Shown piece by piece: positions 26,710-40,294 of a stretch of 64,000 bases of DNA (the stretch's first letter is position 1; each line of letters starts with the position of its first letter). The stretch lies in the NCBI RefSeq assembly GCF_009914755.1, contig NC_060935.1, one strand, 5' to 3'. A program made the position numbers and the translations under genes. Source of the DNA: the human T2T-CHM13v2.0 reference genome, Homo sapiens. The notes beneath the pieces were generated by a model, which was not told the origin of the DNA, ran no database searches, and worked only from the letters and a program-made list of their open reading frames with translations.

Positions 26710-27005
26710 GGCCAGGCATGGAAGCTCACACCTGTAATCCCAACACTTTGGGAGGCCAAGGTGGGCAGACGGCTTGAGCTCAGGAGTTTGAGACCAGCCT
26801 GGGCAACATAGTGAGACCCCACCTGTACAAAAAATACAAAAAAATTAGCCAGGTGTAGTGGTGCATGCCTGTGGTCCCAGCTCCTCGGGAGGCTGAGGTG
26901 GAAGGGATCGCTTGAGCCTGGGAGGCGGAAGTTGCACCACTGCACTCCAGCCTGGGCAACAAAGTGAGACCCTGTCTCAAAGAAAGGAAAAAAGGAAAGA
27001 AAAAG
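26710..27005 (+). mobile_element. AluJ, sense
   Basis: Dimer with A-rich tail. Confidence 0.9.
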
Positions 27006-27562
27006 AAATATTGTCATGCAGCTGGCAGCTTTTTATTTAGGGCATCGTGCCACATGTCTTCAAATGCACATGTCCACCCTGTTATCACCTTTCAAGTAGA
27101 CTCATCATCAATTATGGTTAAGACTCCAGAATAACAGGCAGGCAGGGACTCAGAAGACATCTAGTACCAGGCAGGATTGAAGTCTGTAGGACTAAATATC
27201 TAAAATTTAAGGAGTCTCATACCTGGGACCAGATGGCAAGCAATGCTGAAAAACCAAGCAGGTGATGGCAGCTTAGTTCCAGGTGATCACTTCATTTGGG
27301 GAAGACTTGGTCAGTGGCTGATAACATGGAAAATGTTCAACTCCCCCATTCCCCTAGGAGATAGTGTACAGAAGCCAATGGTGACAAACATTTAAAACTC
27401 TAATCATACCAAGTGTTAGCAAGGATGTAGAGCAACAGAAACTGCTGGTGTTCTAAATTGCTAGAACCATTTTATTTTTATTCAGTCCCTATTTAGCCGA
27501 AAGTAGAAAACAGTTTGTTCTCATCTAACATAGTTGAAGATTTGTAATACGCTATAAAATAA

Positions 27563-28125
27563 TGTGGTAGACACCCCCTGCCAAAATAATGTGGTCTCCA
27601 CCCCTGGCCAAAAACGTCCAGGTCCTAATCCTCGGTACCTGTTCATGTGTTATCTTACATGGCAAAAGGGACTTTGCAGATGTGATTAAATTTAGGGTCT
27701 TGAGATGATGACATTATCTAGGTGGTCCCAATGTCATCACAGGGGTCCTTATTATAAGTCGAAGTGGGAGGCAGGAGTGTGAGGGTGATGTAGCATAAGA
27801 AAGGCTCACCCAACCATTGCTGGCTTTGGGGATGGAAGAGGGCTATGAGCCAGAGAATGCAGGCAACCCCAGAGGGTTAGAACATGAGTAACTAACTGCC
27901 TTATGGCCACCTAACTTATTCCATCCCCCACTTGGAAAGAACAAGTGTAACGATCTCCATTTCGAGCCTCCAGAAAAAAATGCAGCTGTGCTGACACCGT
28001 GATTTTATCTCAGTGAGATGGATTTGGGGCTTTTGATTTCTAGAATTCAGAGATAATACATTTATGTTGTTTTTAGGCCACCAAATGTGTGCTAATTTAC
28101 TACAGCAGTAATAGGAAGTTAGCAC
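27563..28125 (+). mobile_element. MLT1 (D/E-like) MaLR LTR inside old L1 sequence
   Basis: ttacatggcaaaagggactttgcagatgtgattaa, and 3' end ctaatttactacagcagtaataggaa. Confidence 0.8.
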
Positions 28126-28415
28126 ACTCCTTGACTTAGCAATTCCATTCATAGGTATGTATGTCCATACACCAGGAGACAAGCCCAAGAATACCCATGA
28201 TAGCATAGGCTGGAGTGTACATCCCAGTAGACTAGCTACATAAATTGAAGCATATTCATATCATGGATTATAATACAACCATGACAATAAAAAAGACTGA
28301 ACTGAGAAGTCAGGGCAGGAACTTCTAGTTACTGTAGCCTGAAGAGATCAGTGACTATTCTCTGCAAAAAAGCAAGTGTAAAACTGGACAAAAATCATCA
28401 AAACAATGATTTTGA

Positions 28416-28788
<373 letters not shown>

Positions 28789-31700
28789 TAGAATTATAGT
28801 TGGATAATTATAGCTATACCTCAGTAAAACTGTTAAAAAAAAAAAACAGACAGCTCACGTAACAACATAGATGAATCCTGTGAAATACAAAAAGAGGCAA
28901 CATTCGAAGCTACTGTTCAAGGGCACGTATGTTGATGCTAGGACTGGTAAGAAAAGCAAGGAAGTAATCATAAGTGTCAGCACAGTGGTTATATTTGGGG
29001 AATGAGAGAGGGAATGTAGAAGGGGGAGGGGATGCTTCTAGGATACTGACAATGTTCTATTTTTGACGGACAGGAGTTCATTTTCAAATATTTAAAACAG
29101 TACATATATGTTGCATGGTTTTTTTTCTGGATGTATGTCATATTTAAAAAAAAATTTTAATGACTTAAAAGTTTTTAAAAATAAATAAAGCAAATGGCAA
29201 ACTCACCACCAGATAGGGCAGTAGGTCACCACGAAAAGGAGCATCTGTACAGCATGGATCCTGCCCCGGTGGGGAATAGAGAGCAGGTAGAGATGCGAGA
29301 CAGGATGAGATAGAGGCGCAGGGAGGTCGGCTGGGGGCTAGAGCATAAGTAACCACCTAGTGGCCACCTAACTGATTCCAGCCCCCACCAGCTGCCAGCC
29401 CTGAGCCAGCAGGGGCCTCCCACCTTGGTCAAGGGGTTCAGAGACCGTGGGGGAAGGCTTCGGAGAAGGGCCTTCAGCAGTGCCTTGGGATGAAGGAAAC
29501 TGTGGTGTCACAAATGGCCACAGAGGGCCTTGTCCCTTTGTGCAAAGACAGTTTCTGCTGGGAAGAGAGTTCCTCTCTTTCCTTTGGCCTCTGCATCCTT
29601 TAGAGATTCATGAACTCATTTTCGATGGTCCTCTCCTGATAGAAAGAGTCACTAATACCTCTGGGGGGGAGGAGCAAACAATGAGCCCTTTCCCCTTGGC
29701 CAGAAGCTGTTTTATCTCTAGAGCCACCTCTTCCTTGGCCCCAGGCTGTCAGACAGCCTCTGTTCTGGTGTATCTGACCAGAAGCCCCATAGTCCTGGCT
29801 GTCTGCCTCCAGAGAGGGGCCCTGGGCCAGCACACAGAGGCTATCAGAACTGAACTGAGTTGCTAATCACACAATTTATGAGAACAGGGCTTTGACGTGG
29901 CTCTGTTTATACAGCATGAAGTTACAATATATTCCCAGGAATCCACAGCCCTTCTCCTGGCTGAGATAGTCCAGTCTCCTTTTGGCCTACTAGTCTGCCT
30001 GGGACTACCTGGGGGCCCAGGTCTTGGCTTTCTTGATAAGAACAGGTGATAAGTGATAGGCAGTGTCTCTGACTGCTGTCTCCCCTATTCACCCGGCCCA
30101 TCTGTTGGCGTTAGTGGTGAAGGTGGTGAAGAAGCAACTCAGTTTTCCAAGGAGCAGGGCTTAGTCCACGTGAATGATGCAGGCATTGTGCAGTGCACAG
30201 ACTGCACGGCTATACATAGCAGCTCTGCTAATGGGCAAAGATGGGAAAACAGAAAGAAAACTACCATTTAGGGGACCCTTAATATATTCTGGGTGTTTTT
30301 CATAAAGGTATTGCCCAATTTTACCAGTGAGAAAACTGATTCAGAGAATTTAAGTGACTGCCAGGGTCACACAGCTGTAGTGGAGATGGACTTCAAACTT
30401 CTGTGAACATAAAAATGTCACTTAGTAACCATTAAAATGGCCAGTTTAAAACATTCTCCCATATTGGACATTTTCTTTTTCTAGCAACCTCAGAACTCAC
30501 CCACCTTTCAAAAGGGAAAACAAATCCCCCTGCCTCTATCAGTATCTGTCCTTCACCAGGCCCCCAAATTCCTCCTTTGCGACCCGTGCTCATGCCTCCA
30601 CTTCTGATCTGCCCGTGCTGTTATTAACATTTTACCTCCACCTGCTCTTGGCCTTGCTCTCTCCCAAGTCACCTGCTGGGCCTATGTTCCCTGGGAACTC
30701 TTTTCAGTCCTTAACCTCCTCGCCCTCTTGGGAGCGCGTGGCCCTCTTGTCCGCCCTCTCTGGAATTTTTTTCCTTGGCTTCCAAGACGGTGGGCAACCA
30801 TTCATTCATGGATCTGTTAATATCCTTGGAGGGTCCATGCTCTCTGTGTTCAAGGAACCTACAGTCCAGGACAGAGGCAGATGTTAATCAATAAGCATAC
30901 AAGTCACTGATTTACACCTGGAGTGAGTACTATGAAGGAAGCATGTGGGAGTTTTGAGAACATAAAACAGGACCCCTGCGCCCAGGCCGGGGTCAGGAAG
31001 GCCTCCCTCCAGGAGCCTGTGCTTTGAGCTGAGGTCTGCAGGAGGACCTAGAGCCAGCTATTTGGGAAGAGTGATCTAGATGTTGTAACAGCATGGGCGG
31101 AGGCCAAGCATGGCCCATGGGGAGGGTAGTGAAAGGAAGCCACAGTGACTGTGATACATAGTGAGGGAGGCAGTGTGGTACCAAATGAGAGTGGGAAGGT
31201 AGGCAGGTCGGGTCAGGTTACGCCTTACAAAGCCACAATTTAGGATTTTGGACCTTCTAAGGGAAATAGTTGTATGGCCATACAAGCTGTGAGCTACACA
31301 GCTCCAAGAGGCCCTGTTTACCTTGCAGTCCATGACAGTGGTGCCCTGGAAGTGTGAATGATGTGCCTTGGAGTTGTGCAGTGTACATCCTGCACAGCCA
31401 TGCCTGGAGGCCTATCATAGTCTGGCTCCAGTAGGTAGAATGGTTTGGAAAGGGTAAGGGGAGCTTATTAGGAGCCTGTTGCAGGAGCTCCAGGCCCACT
31501 TTACCTTCCCCTTTACACCCAACTCCCTTGGCAAGCGCACCTTTGCCCCTCTCTGCCTTTCTAGCAGTTCCTCCCTGGAGTAACTTCCTGGTATTTGACT
31601 TGAGTAGAATTTAAGAAACACTCAACACCAAGCAGTCAGGGGAGGACAGGAATTGGCCTAGAGGGCATGGGATTCCATCTGGCAGAAGGTGATTCAGGGT

Positions 31701-32070
31701 GGGACTCCTGGCTCAGCATTAGCAAGGCAAGGTAGCAGGACTCAGCCTCAGGCCAGGGCCCCAGTTAGAGGCTCAGATATGTGATGAAGCACCATGGGAG
31801 CAGAAACAGAATCTGGGAGCTCCAGGCCACTCCAGGCCTCTCCATGGGTCTCTGGAAGCCCCTGGTCTATCAGTAGGAGACCTTGGGCCCAGCCAGGGTG
31901 GAGCAGGGTTGGTCTATAACCAGGATAAGGCCTGGAGGGAGCAGGCAGGAGGGGCCTTGGGGTGGGGGGAACCTAAGGAGGTTCCCCCAAGCCCTGGGCC
32001 CTAGGCCTGGAGCTTGGGGCCTGAGCATGCCAGGCTGTGGCAGTTCCAGTTGCAAGAATCCCAAGGCTAA

Positions 32071-32285
32071 ATACAGAGTGATATAACGGACTTTAGAGAC
32101 TGAGAATGGCACGGGCAGGAGCGGGCACAGGGATAAAGGAACTAATACATGTTAGGTACAATGTGCAGTACTTGGGTGATGGGCACACTAAAATCTCAGA
32201 ATTCACTGCTATATAATTCATTCATGTAACAGAAAACCACTGTACCCCAAAAGCTATTGAAATAAAAAATAAAATCTTTTTTTTT
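32071..32285 (+). mobile_element. 5'-truncated L1PB/L1MA 3' end with TSD
   Basis: ggtacaatgt..tacttgggtgatggg.acactaaaatctcagaattcac...aataaaaa, flanked by tcccaaggctaa on both sides. Confidence 0.8.
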
Positions 32286-32504
32286 AAAAGTCCCAAGGCT
32301 AAGACCTGGGAGCCCCTGGCTCCCCACTCTGCCTACTCTTGAAGGATCCCTGTGGGTATTGACCAGAGCATTGCTAGAATCCTGACACCTTCCCCCACCC
32401 CTTCTTTCCCAGTGGCTTGGTGTAATTTCTCCCGTCTTTGAATCCCAGGGCATTTATTACCTTCTCTTAATCACCTACTTCATCTGACCTCCCATACAGT
32501 TGTT

Positions 32505-32802
32505 TTTTAATCATTTTTATTGTGAAAAATATCACATATACAGAAAGGTGCATGAAACATAAATGTACAGGTTAGTGAACTTTTACCAAGCGAGCCAGCA
32601 CGCAGCCACCACCCAGGACAAAGAAAAAAGTAATGCCGGCTCCCAAGAGCTCCCTTCAACTTGCCCTGCATCCTTTTTGAACATAACCTCTCCCTTCTCC
32701 CTAAAGGTAACCACTATTCTGAGTCCAGTCATCAAGGTTTTGCCTTGTTTTTGCTTTTCTTTATAATTTTATTACCTAAGTATGCATTCCTCAATAGTAG
32801 AC
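32505..32802 (-). mobile_element. L1ME-type 3' fragment, antisense
   Basis: tttttattgtgaaa..catatacagaaa.gtgc..., accacccagg.caa, aaaggtaaccactattctga. Confidence 0.7.
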
Positions 32803-33247
32803 GGAGTTCCATTTTTTTGTTTGTTTTCTCTTCTCCCACTCTTCAAAGGTTGGCTTTCTAGGAGAGTGACAGCAGAGGGACAAGAGCAGAGAGGGGGTCT
32901 TGTTGGGGGAGGGAGGAAGGTAGAGGAGCCAGCAGAGGGTTAGAGGAACAGCCAGAGAAGGTGGTGACCAGTAAATAGATGGATGAAGGGAGGAAGGGCT
33001 AAGCACAGTGTGTCAGTGAGTCATAGCTAGCCTGCCAGCTGCCAGTTTCCAGCCTCTAGCCTACAAAATCATGCAAGCTCTGTAACTTGGAATTCAAGGC
33101 CTTTCGGGATCCAGCCCCATACACCCCAACCTCTCTAGCCATGCTGGCCTATTGGGAATTCTCCAGCATAGCTGGGTTTAGTAAGATACACTAAACTTTC
33201 CACATGGAATTCTTTGCCCACTTCTGTACCTGGAAAGCTCCTATTGC

Positions 33248-33382
33248 AAAGGAAGGAAGGCAAAGAGGGAGGATGGGAAGATCCGGGGGCACGGAAGAAG
33301 GGAGGAATAGAGGGAGGGAAGGAGGATGGGAGGATCAGAGGAAAGGAGGGAGGGAGGGAGGAAGTGAGCGAGAGAGGGAATG
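33248..33382. repeat. GA-rich polypurine low-complexity tract
   Basis: (GGAA/GGAG)n, seen directly. Confidence 0.8.
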
Positions 33383-33892
33383 GTAGCATAGAAGCTGAGG
33401 AACCTCCAGCTGAAGTTTTAGCACCTCAAACCCTTCTGCCATGCTGTATTCTTAATCGGAACCTGTCTGTCCCCCATGACGCCTATTTCCTGAGTACTCC
33501 TTGCAAGTCCCCCTTCTCTGCTAGGCAAGCTTCTGTGAGGCAGCTTGAGTCCTAACGCACTCCCTGGTCTTCCACTGCAGCCCCAGGCCTTCCCCTCCTT
33601 TTCACCACCCATGGTTGGTTCTATGATGGAGGTTGGAGGCAGTGGGCAAAGAGCCCCTGGGACAGGTGGGGATTGTGGGGAGGGTCAGGCCTTCTTATCT
33701 GGAGATGCTGTGCCCCAGCACCTCTACCCTCACTGCCCCCTGCTCTGAATTCTCGCTGCCCACTCTACCCATCTGCCCCGAACATGCTGGGTACATGGGA
33801 TTGGGTGGTGGGTGGAAGGGAGGGGCAGTGTATGCCAGCTTTGGAACATGTGGCCCCATGGAAACAATTGGTGTTTTTTGTTTTCTACGCAG

Positions 33893-33969
33893 ACATAGTC
33901 AACTGTGACCTGAAATCTACACTACGAGTGTTGTACAACCTCTTCACCAAGTACCGTAACGTGGAGTGA
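33893..33969 (+). CDS. PARVA: Alpha-parvin terminal coding exon (exon 13 CDS part, including TGA)
   Basis: ttttctacgcag|ACATAG...GTGGAG TGA. Translates (D)IVNCDLKSTLRVLYNLFTKYRNVE*. Confidence 0.97.
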
Positions 33970-34286
33970 GGGGCTGCCCTGGGCCCACCACTGCCCAAGA
34001 GTTCTTGCTGTTGGCGTACTGGACCCTCCTCCGAACTGCCTTACCCTGCTTATTCCTGTCTCTTGCACTGTGCTCTCCCACAAGTCCAGCTGCAACCCAG
34101 AGATAGTGGAAACTGAAATTAGGAAGGAAATCATCAATAACTCAGTGGGCTGACCCATCCCTCCCAGGCGCTGGGGACCAACCTAGCAATGAAGGTTGGG
34201 AAGGTTGTTCCCTTCCCGGTGCCAGGTCCAGATTTCCCTCCATGATTTGGGAACCAGGTTAGGCAAAAGAGTCCCCACAAGATGAA

Positions 34287-34292
34287 AATAAA
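34287..34292 (+). terminator. Candidate proximal polyadenylation signal AATAAA
   Basis: Canonical hexamer about 320 nt after the stop codon. Downstream element is weak. Confidence 0.35.
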
Positions 34293-34309
34293 GATCCTAG
34301 TTACCATTC

Positions 34310-34465
34310 AAAGGATGCTAACTGTGTGTCAGGCCCCACACTAAGTGCTCTGCTCTGATATACTCAAGGCCATTAATCTTCAGGACTCCCATTGACGTAG
34401 GTGTTTCATTCCCCTTTTACAGATGAGGAAACTAAGGCTTGGAGGTTAAATGACTTGCCAGAAGT
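34310..34465. mobile_element. MIR in the 3' UTR
   Basis: cattccccttttacagatgaggaaactaaggcttggaggttaaatgacttgcc. Confidence 0.8.
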
Positions 34466-36398
34466 TGGAATTTTTTTCCTCTTTGAACATAACCTCTCCC
34501 TTCTCCCTAAAGGTAACCACTATTCTGAGTCCAATCATCAAGGTTTTGCTTTTCTTTTTAGCTAAGTATGCATTCCTCAATAGTAGACAGTACAACATGT
34601 TTATAACAAGCCAATTACATTATGTTCTTTGCATGTTCTAAAGTTGTGTATGTGTGTGCACATCTGAGCACGTGCACATGTACACCTGAGCCAAAAACAC
34701 GAGAACCCACTGATCTCACCACTGGGGCAAGCTAGGTCAGAGCTTAGTGATTCACACTGAAATTGGCAAATTGGATTTAACCCAATTAATAGTGTGTGTG
34801 TGGCAGGAGTCATGTCCCTCACATCCTTTGTACAAATGAAAATTACTCTTAATTCCTTCAGATTTATAATAACTCTGTACTTTGGTTTCAGGGTGACATT
34901 TGGGAAGGATTTTGTTTAGAATTAATGGAGTGGCACATTTTGCAGCCTTTTTGCTTGATTGCATGTAATGGAAATGCCCTATATTTTCCTGCAAAATAAG
35001 TACTAAATTCATTATCGTTAAGCAAATGTACAATATGCTCAGGCACCGCAGAGAGCTGGGCACGGGCCCATGTGAGCATCACTTTGGAAGTAGGGCTCTT
35101 CAACAGGGACCCTTGAACTTTAAAGAAAGGAACTTCTTTTTGCCTTCTAATTGATCATTTAGACTATTCTGGCTAAGTCTGCCCACATGTAATTACCGGC
35201 TAATTCAAGCGAGGAAAAATGTAAGTCATTTAGACCAAAGCCAAGCAGTTTCTTTGCGTGGGTTACTCAAGGGCTTGTGGTTACTTGTATCTCCTCTATG
35301 TGAACTTGACTTTGAAAGACAGAGCTCTAGTGTGCCAGCCTGCTAAGTCCTGTAAGAATAGGGAAGGGCGGAGGGGGGTGGGCAGTGACTAGGGGACGAG
35401 AAGCATGGGGAAAATATTTGCACTCTAAACATACAGAGATAGAGGTGGGGCTTGTGGTACTTAACACTTGTAGCCATCAACTGACTGAGACCTTGGGCTA
35501 AATAATCAATTGTGCTGATATTACATCTCGTTATGGAATGTTCCTAAATATGCCAGGTAGACACCAGCCCAAGTACCCTCCTCCAGAAGTCTGTGACTAC
35601 CTTGTCACTACTTTAGGCCCATTCCACAAAGCCCATCTCTGGTTTGAGAATTCATTTTGATCTGTATCTACACCACCCAAAGTTAGGCCTCCTATAATGT
35701 CCAAAACATTCCTTTCAGCCTTTTTATTTCTTACTGTACTGTCTCTTACTGTACTGTCTATCTGCAGTAATTGAGGACCCATAAAATTTAGATAACTACA
35801 TGTCTTTGCTCTTAGAATTGTCACTCAGCATAATGAGCATTTAACATACAAAGGCAATGTACTGTTTTGTGTTGATCTATGTAAAAGAATACAATTCTTT
35901 TTTACATAATTAGTGAAATTTTATTTTTTATTAGGAAACACTAAATAGTGTAATATTTCTTTTGCTTTTAAAAAAATTCCTGGTAGCAAATCAAGATAAA
36001 TAATTGCTTCATTTTCTTGAGCAATACTGAAGCAGGATGAAGTAAGAGGAATGCATTCATTTAAACATGCTTTGCTTTATGAATTTTGTCTCTTTTTTGG
36101 TCTCTTTTTCTTATATTCAAGTTACAAATGTACAAGTATCCTTACTAAGAGTGCTCCTTTTGTATTTTACATATATACAGTATGAAAATACATTGGAACA
36201 CTAGGAAAGTTTTTAAATAACAGTTCTAATTTATCAGAAAATTGTGTTTTGGGATTGAGTTCTTTGTCTCAGCCCAGAATCCCAGGTCCTGGGCCTGGTT
36301 TTCTAATGCTGTCATCTCAGTTCGATATTTTACTTTAGAACCTGGAATCTCCTACTTAATATATGACCATGACTTTGAAAGGCAAAAGAGGAATCAAG

Positions 36399-36408
36399 AA
36401 TAAATAAA
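36399..36408 (+). terminator. Overlapping double AATAAA polyadenylation signal
   Basis: AATAAATAAA at the end of the AU-rich UTR block, with a U-rich tract at about 36481-36503. Confidence 0.6.
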
Positions 36409-39400
36409 ACAAACTTAATCTTCATCTTTAAAAAAAAGAAAAAAGAAACCAAAATGAGAATCAACACTTCATAGGCTCACTGGGTTTTCTTTTCTTTTCT
36501 GTTAATTTAAACTCAGTTATTTTTAATGCTTAATACATACATGGTGCAAAATTTAAAAAGCGCAAATAGGTATCTAGTGGAAAACCTAAGCCTCCCTCTC
36601 TCCTCCGGCACCCATTACCTCTCCCTGGAGGCAACTGTTTTGATCCATTTCTTACACACACTGCCAGAGATACTCTAGGCATGTAAAGCACAAACATACA
36701 TATAAAATCTGCGGGCTTCAAAAAATATAAGTAGGATGTCATCTATACTGTCATACACTTTGTTTTTTATCACTTAATGTTATATCTTGGATATTGTATT
36801 ACCCTGGGTATTAAAAAGAACTCCTTTCACATTTTAAAATAACAATCTGAGCACTTCATAAATCCAAATGCGTATCTCCAGTCTGCTCGAGCTAGGAAAG
36901 GAAAAAAGCCCTAGCCGAAGGAGGAAAGGCTGCCTAGACAATGATTTCAAAAGTAGAGTCTAAAACCTATGGGGTGCAGGACCAGAGGCTGGGGCACATT
37001 ATCAGAGGCATCCTCATGTGCCTCGAACCGAATGTTTTTAAGTCCTCTTTTGGAACCTTATGGTGAATTGTATGCAGATTGATGAAGGTTTCATTTTTAT
37101 ATATTACCAGGACTACGAATTTGTAATCCACTAAGCATCACAAAGGTTACTACATACGCTATAATACTGTACTATAAAGTCTAGCTGCCAGCAATGCAGT
37201 GCTCGCCTGCTATATTAGAAGGCTCCAGTTTCACATGTGCAGGCACAGAGATGACATTTCCCGATCTGGGAGAAGGCTTCTTTATCAGCACATCATCAGT
37301 GTTGCCTCGAGTTGGTTGCAATTTTCAATTGCTGCTATTGGTGCTTTTTAATTATGAATTACTGTTAGCTTGCATTATCATCAGTTTGTTTTGTTGTGGG
37401 TTGCTTGGTTAACCCTACAGAGTATACTTGAAGCTTATTTGCATCAACAGTATTCTGGAGCTGTAATTTTTCAATAACTAGACTCTGAGACATGTATACA
37501 TTGTGGTTCAAATAGGAATCATCCATAGTCCAGTGCTAGAACAAATGTATACATAATCCACTCCCCACAAATTATCACTCATTTATTTTTCCACTGGAAA
37601 ATAAGACTAGATGGAGTCGGTAGGTGAAACAGTTTTGCCGTGCCTAAGTGGAGGCTGATCAAAACTAATTTGAGATCCGCTGCCTTTAATAGAGCTCCAC
37701 CTCAGGAATCTTACCTTTATAATACATCCTAGATAGGCAAGAGGGATATGTCCTGAAATCTTCACTAATTCCAAGATTGCGTGTCATTTCCCCCAAAAAT
37801 TTGCTTAACTCTATTGGAAAATCCAAGAGAATTGCTGCAGCTGCTGAAAACAAGAGAGCTGCATTAAGCTGCAAGGCCGGGTAGGGTAGGTAGACTGACT
37901 CACCACCTATGGGACCTGCCTCCACACATCAGCTTCCCAAATACTTGCAGATTTGGGTCTTACCAAAAGACAAGTCAGTATGAGTTACTCACAATCCTAA
38001 CTACAAAGGCTACATTTACAAATACCAGAGTTTCGACTGTGTTTTTACTCTCTGCTCCCTGAAAACTGTAACCCCAGGCTAGCTCCAAACTCTGCTTATA
38101 GCCCATGCTTTACTACAGTGGTGGTCGCATATGTGAACGTGTGCATGCGTGTTCACGTGTTCATGACAACAGCAATGCAGCCATGAGGGTGCTGCCCCCA
38201 AACCAAGCCTGATGACCTTGAGAACCTCAGGCTTCCCAGTAGGATCCTGCAAGAAAGCATCTCTTAAAAATAAATTCTACAGGATATTAGTAAATGTTAG
38301 ATGAAAAAAAAAGTCACGTTTAAATATGTTTAGGAAACATGAGGTGAAGAAAGTTAGCTTACTGACGCTTTTTGTTTTCTAGTTGGAGCGCACCTCAGAG
38401 TCCCCTACATAATGCGTATTAGGACTTTCTAAGGGAAGACGGGGTACGATGGGTCCCAATCTTGTTTGATCACAGGACGTATCTGTCCCCTGAGAAATTT
38501 CTAGGATGAGTACTCTGAACTCAGGACTTCATTTAGTCATATATTCGGCAAGTATGTGTTGAGTGCAGCATGTCCAAGGGTGAGTGAGAGATTATAGCTA
38601 GCAGGGGAGACAGATGAAAAATAACTATGAATCGACGTTAGTTACAAATTGTGACTGTCGCGATGGAGAAGTACTAAAATCTATGAAAGAGTTCTAATGT
38701 AGATTTAAGGTCATGAGAAGTCTCCGGCAAAGTGGCATTTTAAAGTAATCCCTCAGTCGTGGAGCTACTCCAATGAGAAGCCTGCCACTCCAGGGCGCAC
38801 CACGGAGGAGGATCCCCAGACAAGAAGACCTGGCTCCCCAGAGGAGTGCGGAAAGCCAGCATGGCTAGAGGACACAGAATGAGGGAGAAGACGGATCCGA
38901 TCGCAGGCATCGGGAGTGCTGATTTTTCTCCTTTGAAAAACAGGTTGCCATCTACCTTTTTAAATGTCCCACTGTGTAGGAAAACTCTGGGGAAAGCTAC
39001 GTCAGCAATATGGAGTCTGGGGTTGCCTTTCTCATGTCATACCATGGTCCTGGCTGGGGAGCGGAGGAGACCAGGAGAGGAGATCAGACCTCTGCCCACC
39101 CCAACACCAATCTGGTCGTAGCAACCTCTGGGCATCCCATAGCTCCTCCTAACCTGCTGCTGCTGATGGACAGGCACTCCTGGACTACCCCCAGCCTCTC
39201 CACAATGTGTCCTGAGAAGAGCTAGGGGAACTGGACAGAGTGGACGAGGCTCCATGTGTGGAGGGAATGAAATAAGGGGCCTACCAGGCCAGAACGCTGA
39301 TCCATGGAGACCAGTGCTTCCAGCCCTCTCACCTCGGAGGAGGACTCCTGTTTTACCAACGGCAGGAGCAGGAATCCCACCATTCAGCCTGTGGGCTTGA

Positions 39401-39567
39401 CAAACTATAAGCAAGCCTCCTGGATGTGGAATAATACATTTTCAAAATTCATACTAATCAGCATGAACTATAACTGCTCCAATGCCCACCACATTATATA
39501 AAATCTACCAAAAGGGGGTCACTTAATGTTTCACAATGTTTGGTGAAACAACTTTCATATGAAAGTA

Positions 39568-40294
<727 letters not shown>

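Noticed and set aside
33967-33975. Possible stop-codon readthrough
   Set aside because: The context is TGA-GGG, not the TGA-CTAG readthrough motif.
38128-38165. Small hairpin gtgaac...gttcac around a TGCATG motif
   Set aside because: Too short for a pre-miRNA and expected by chance in alternating purine-pyrimidine sequence.
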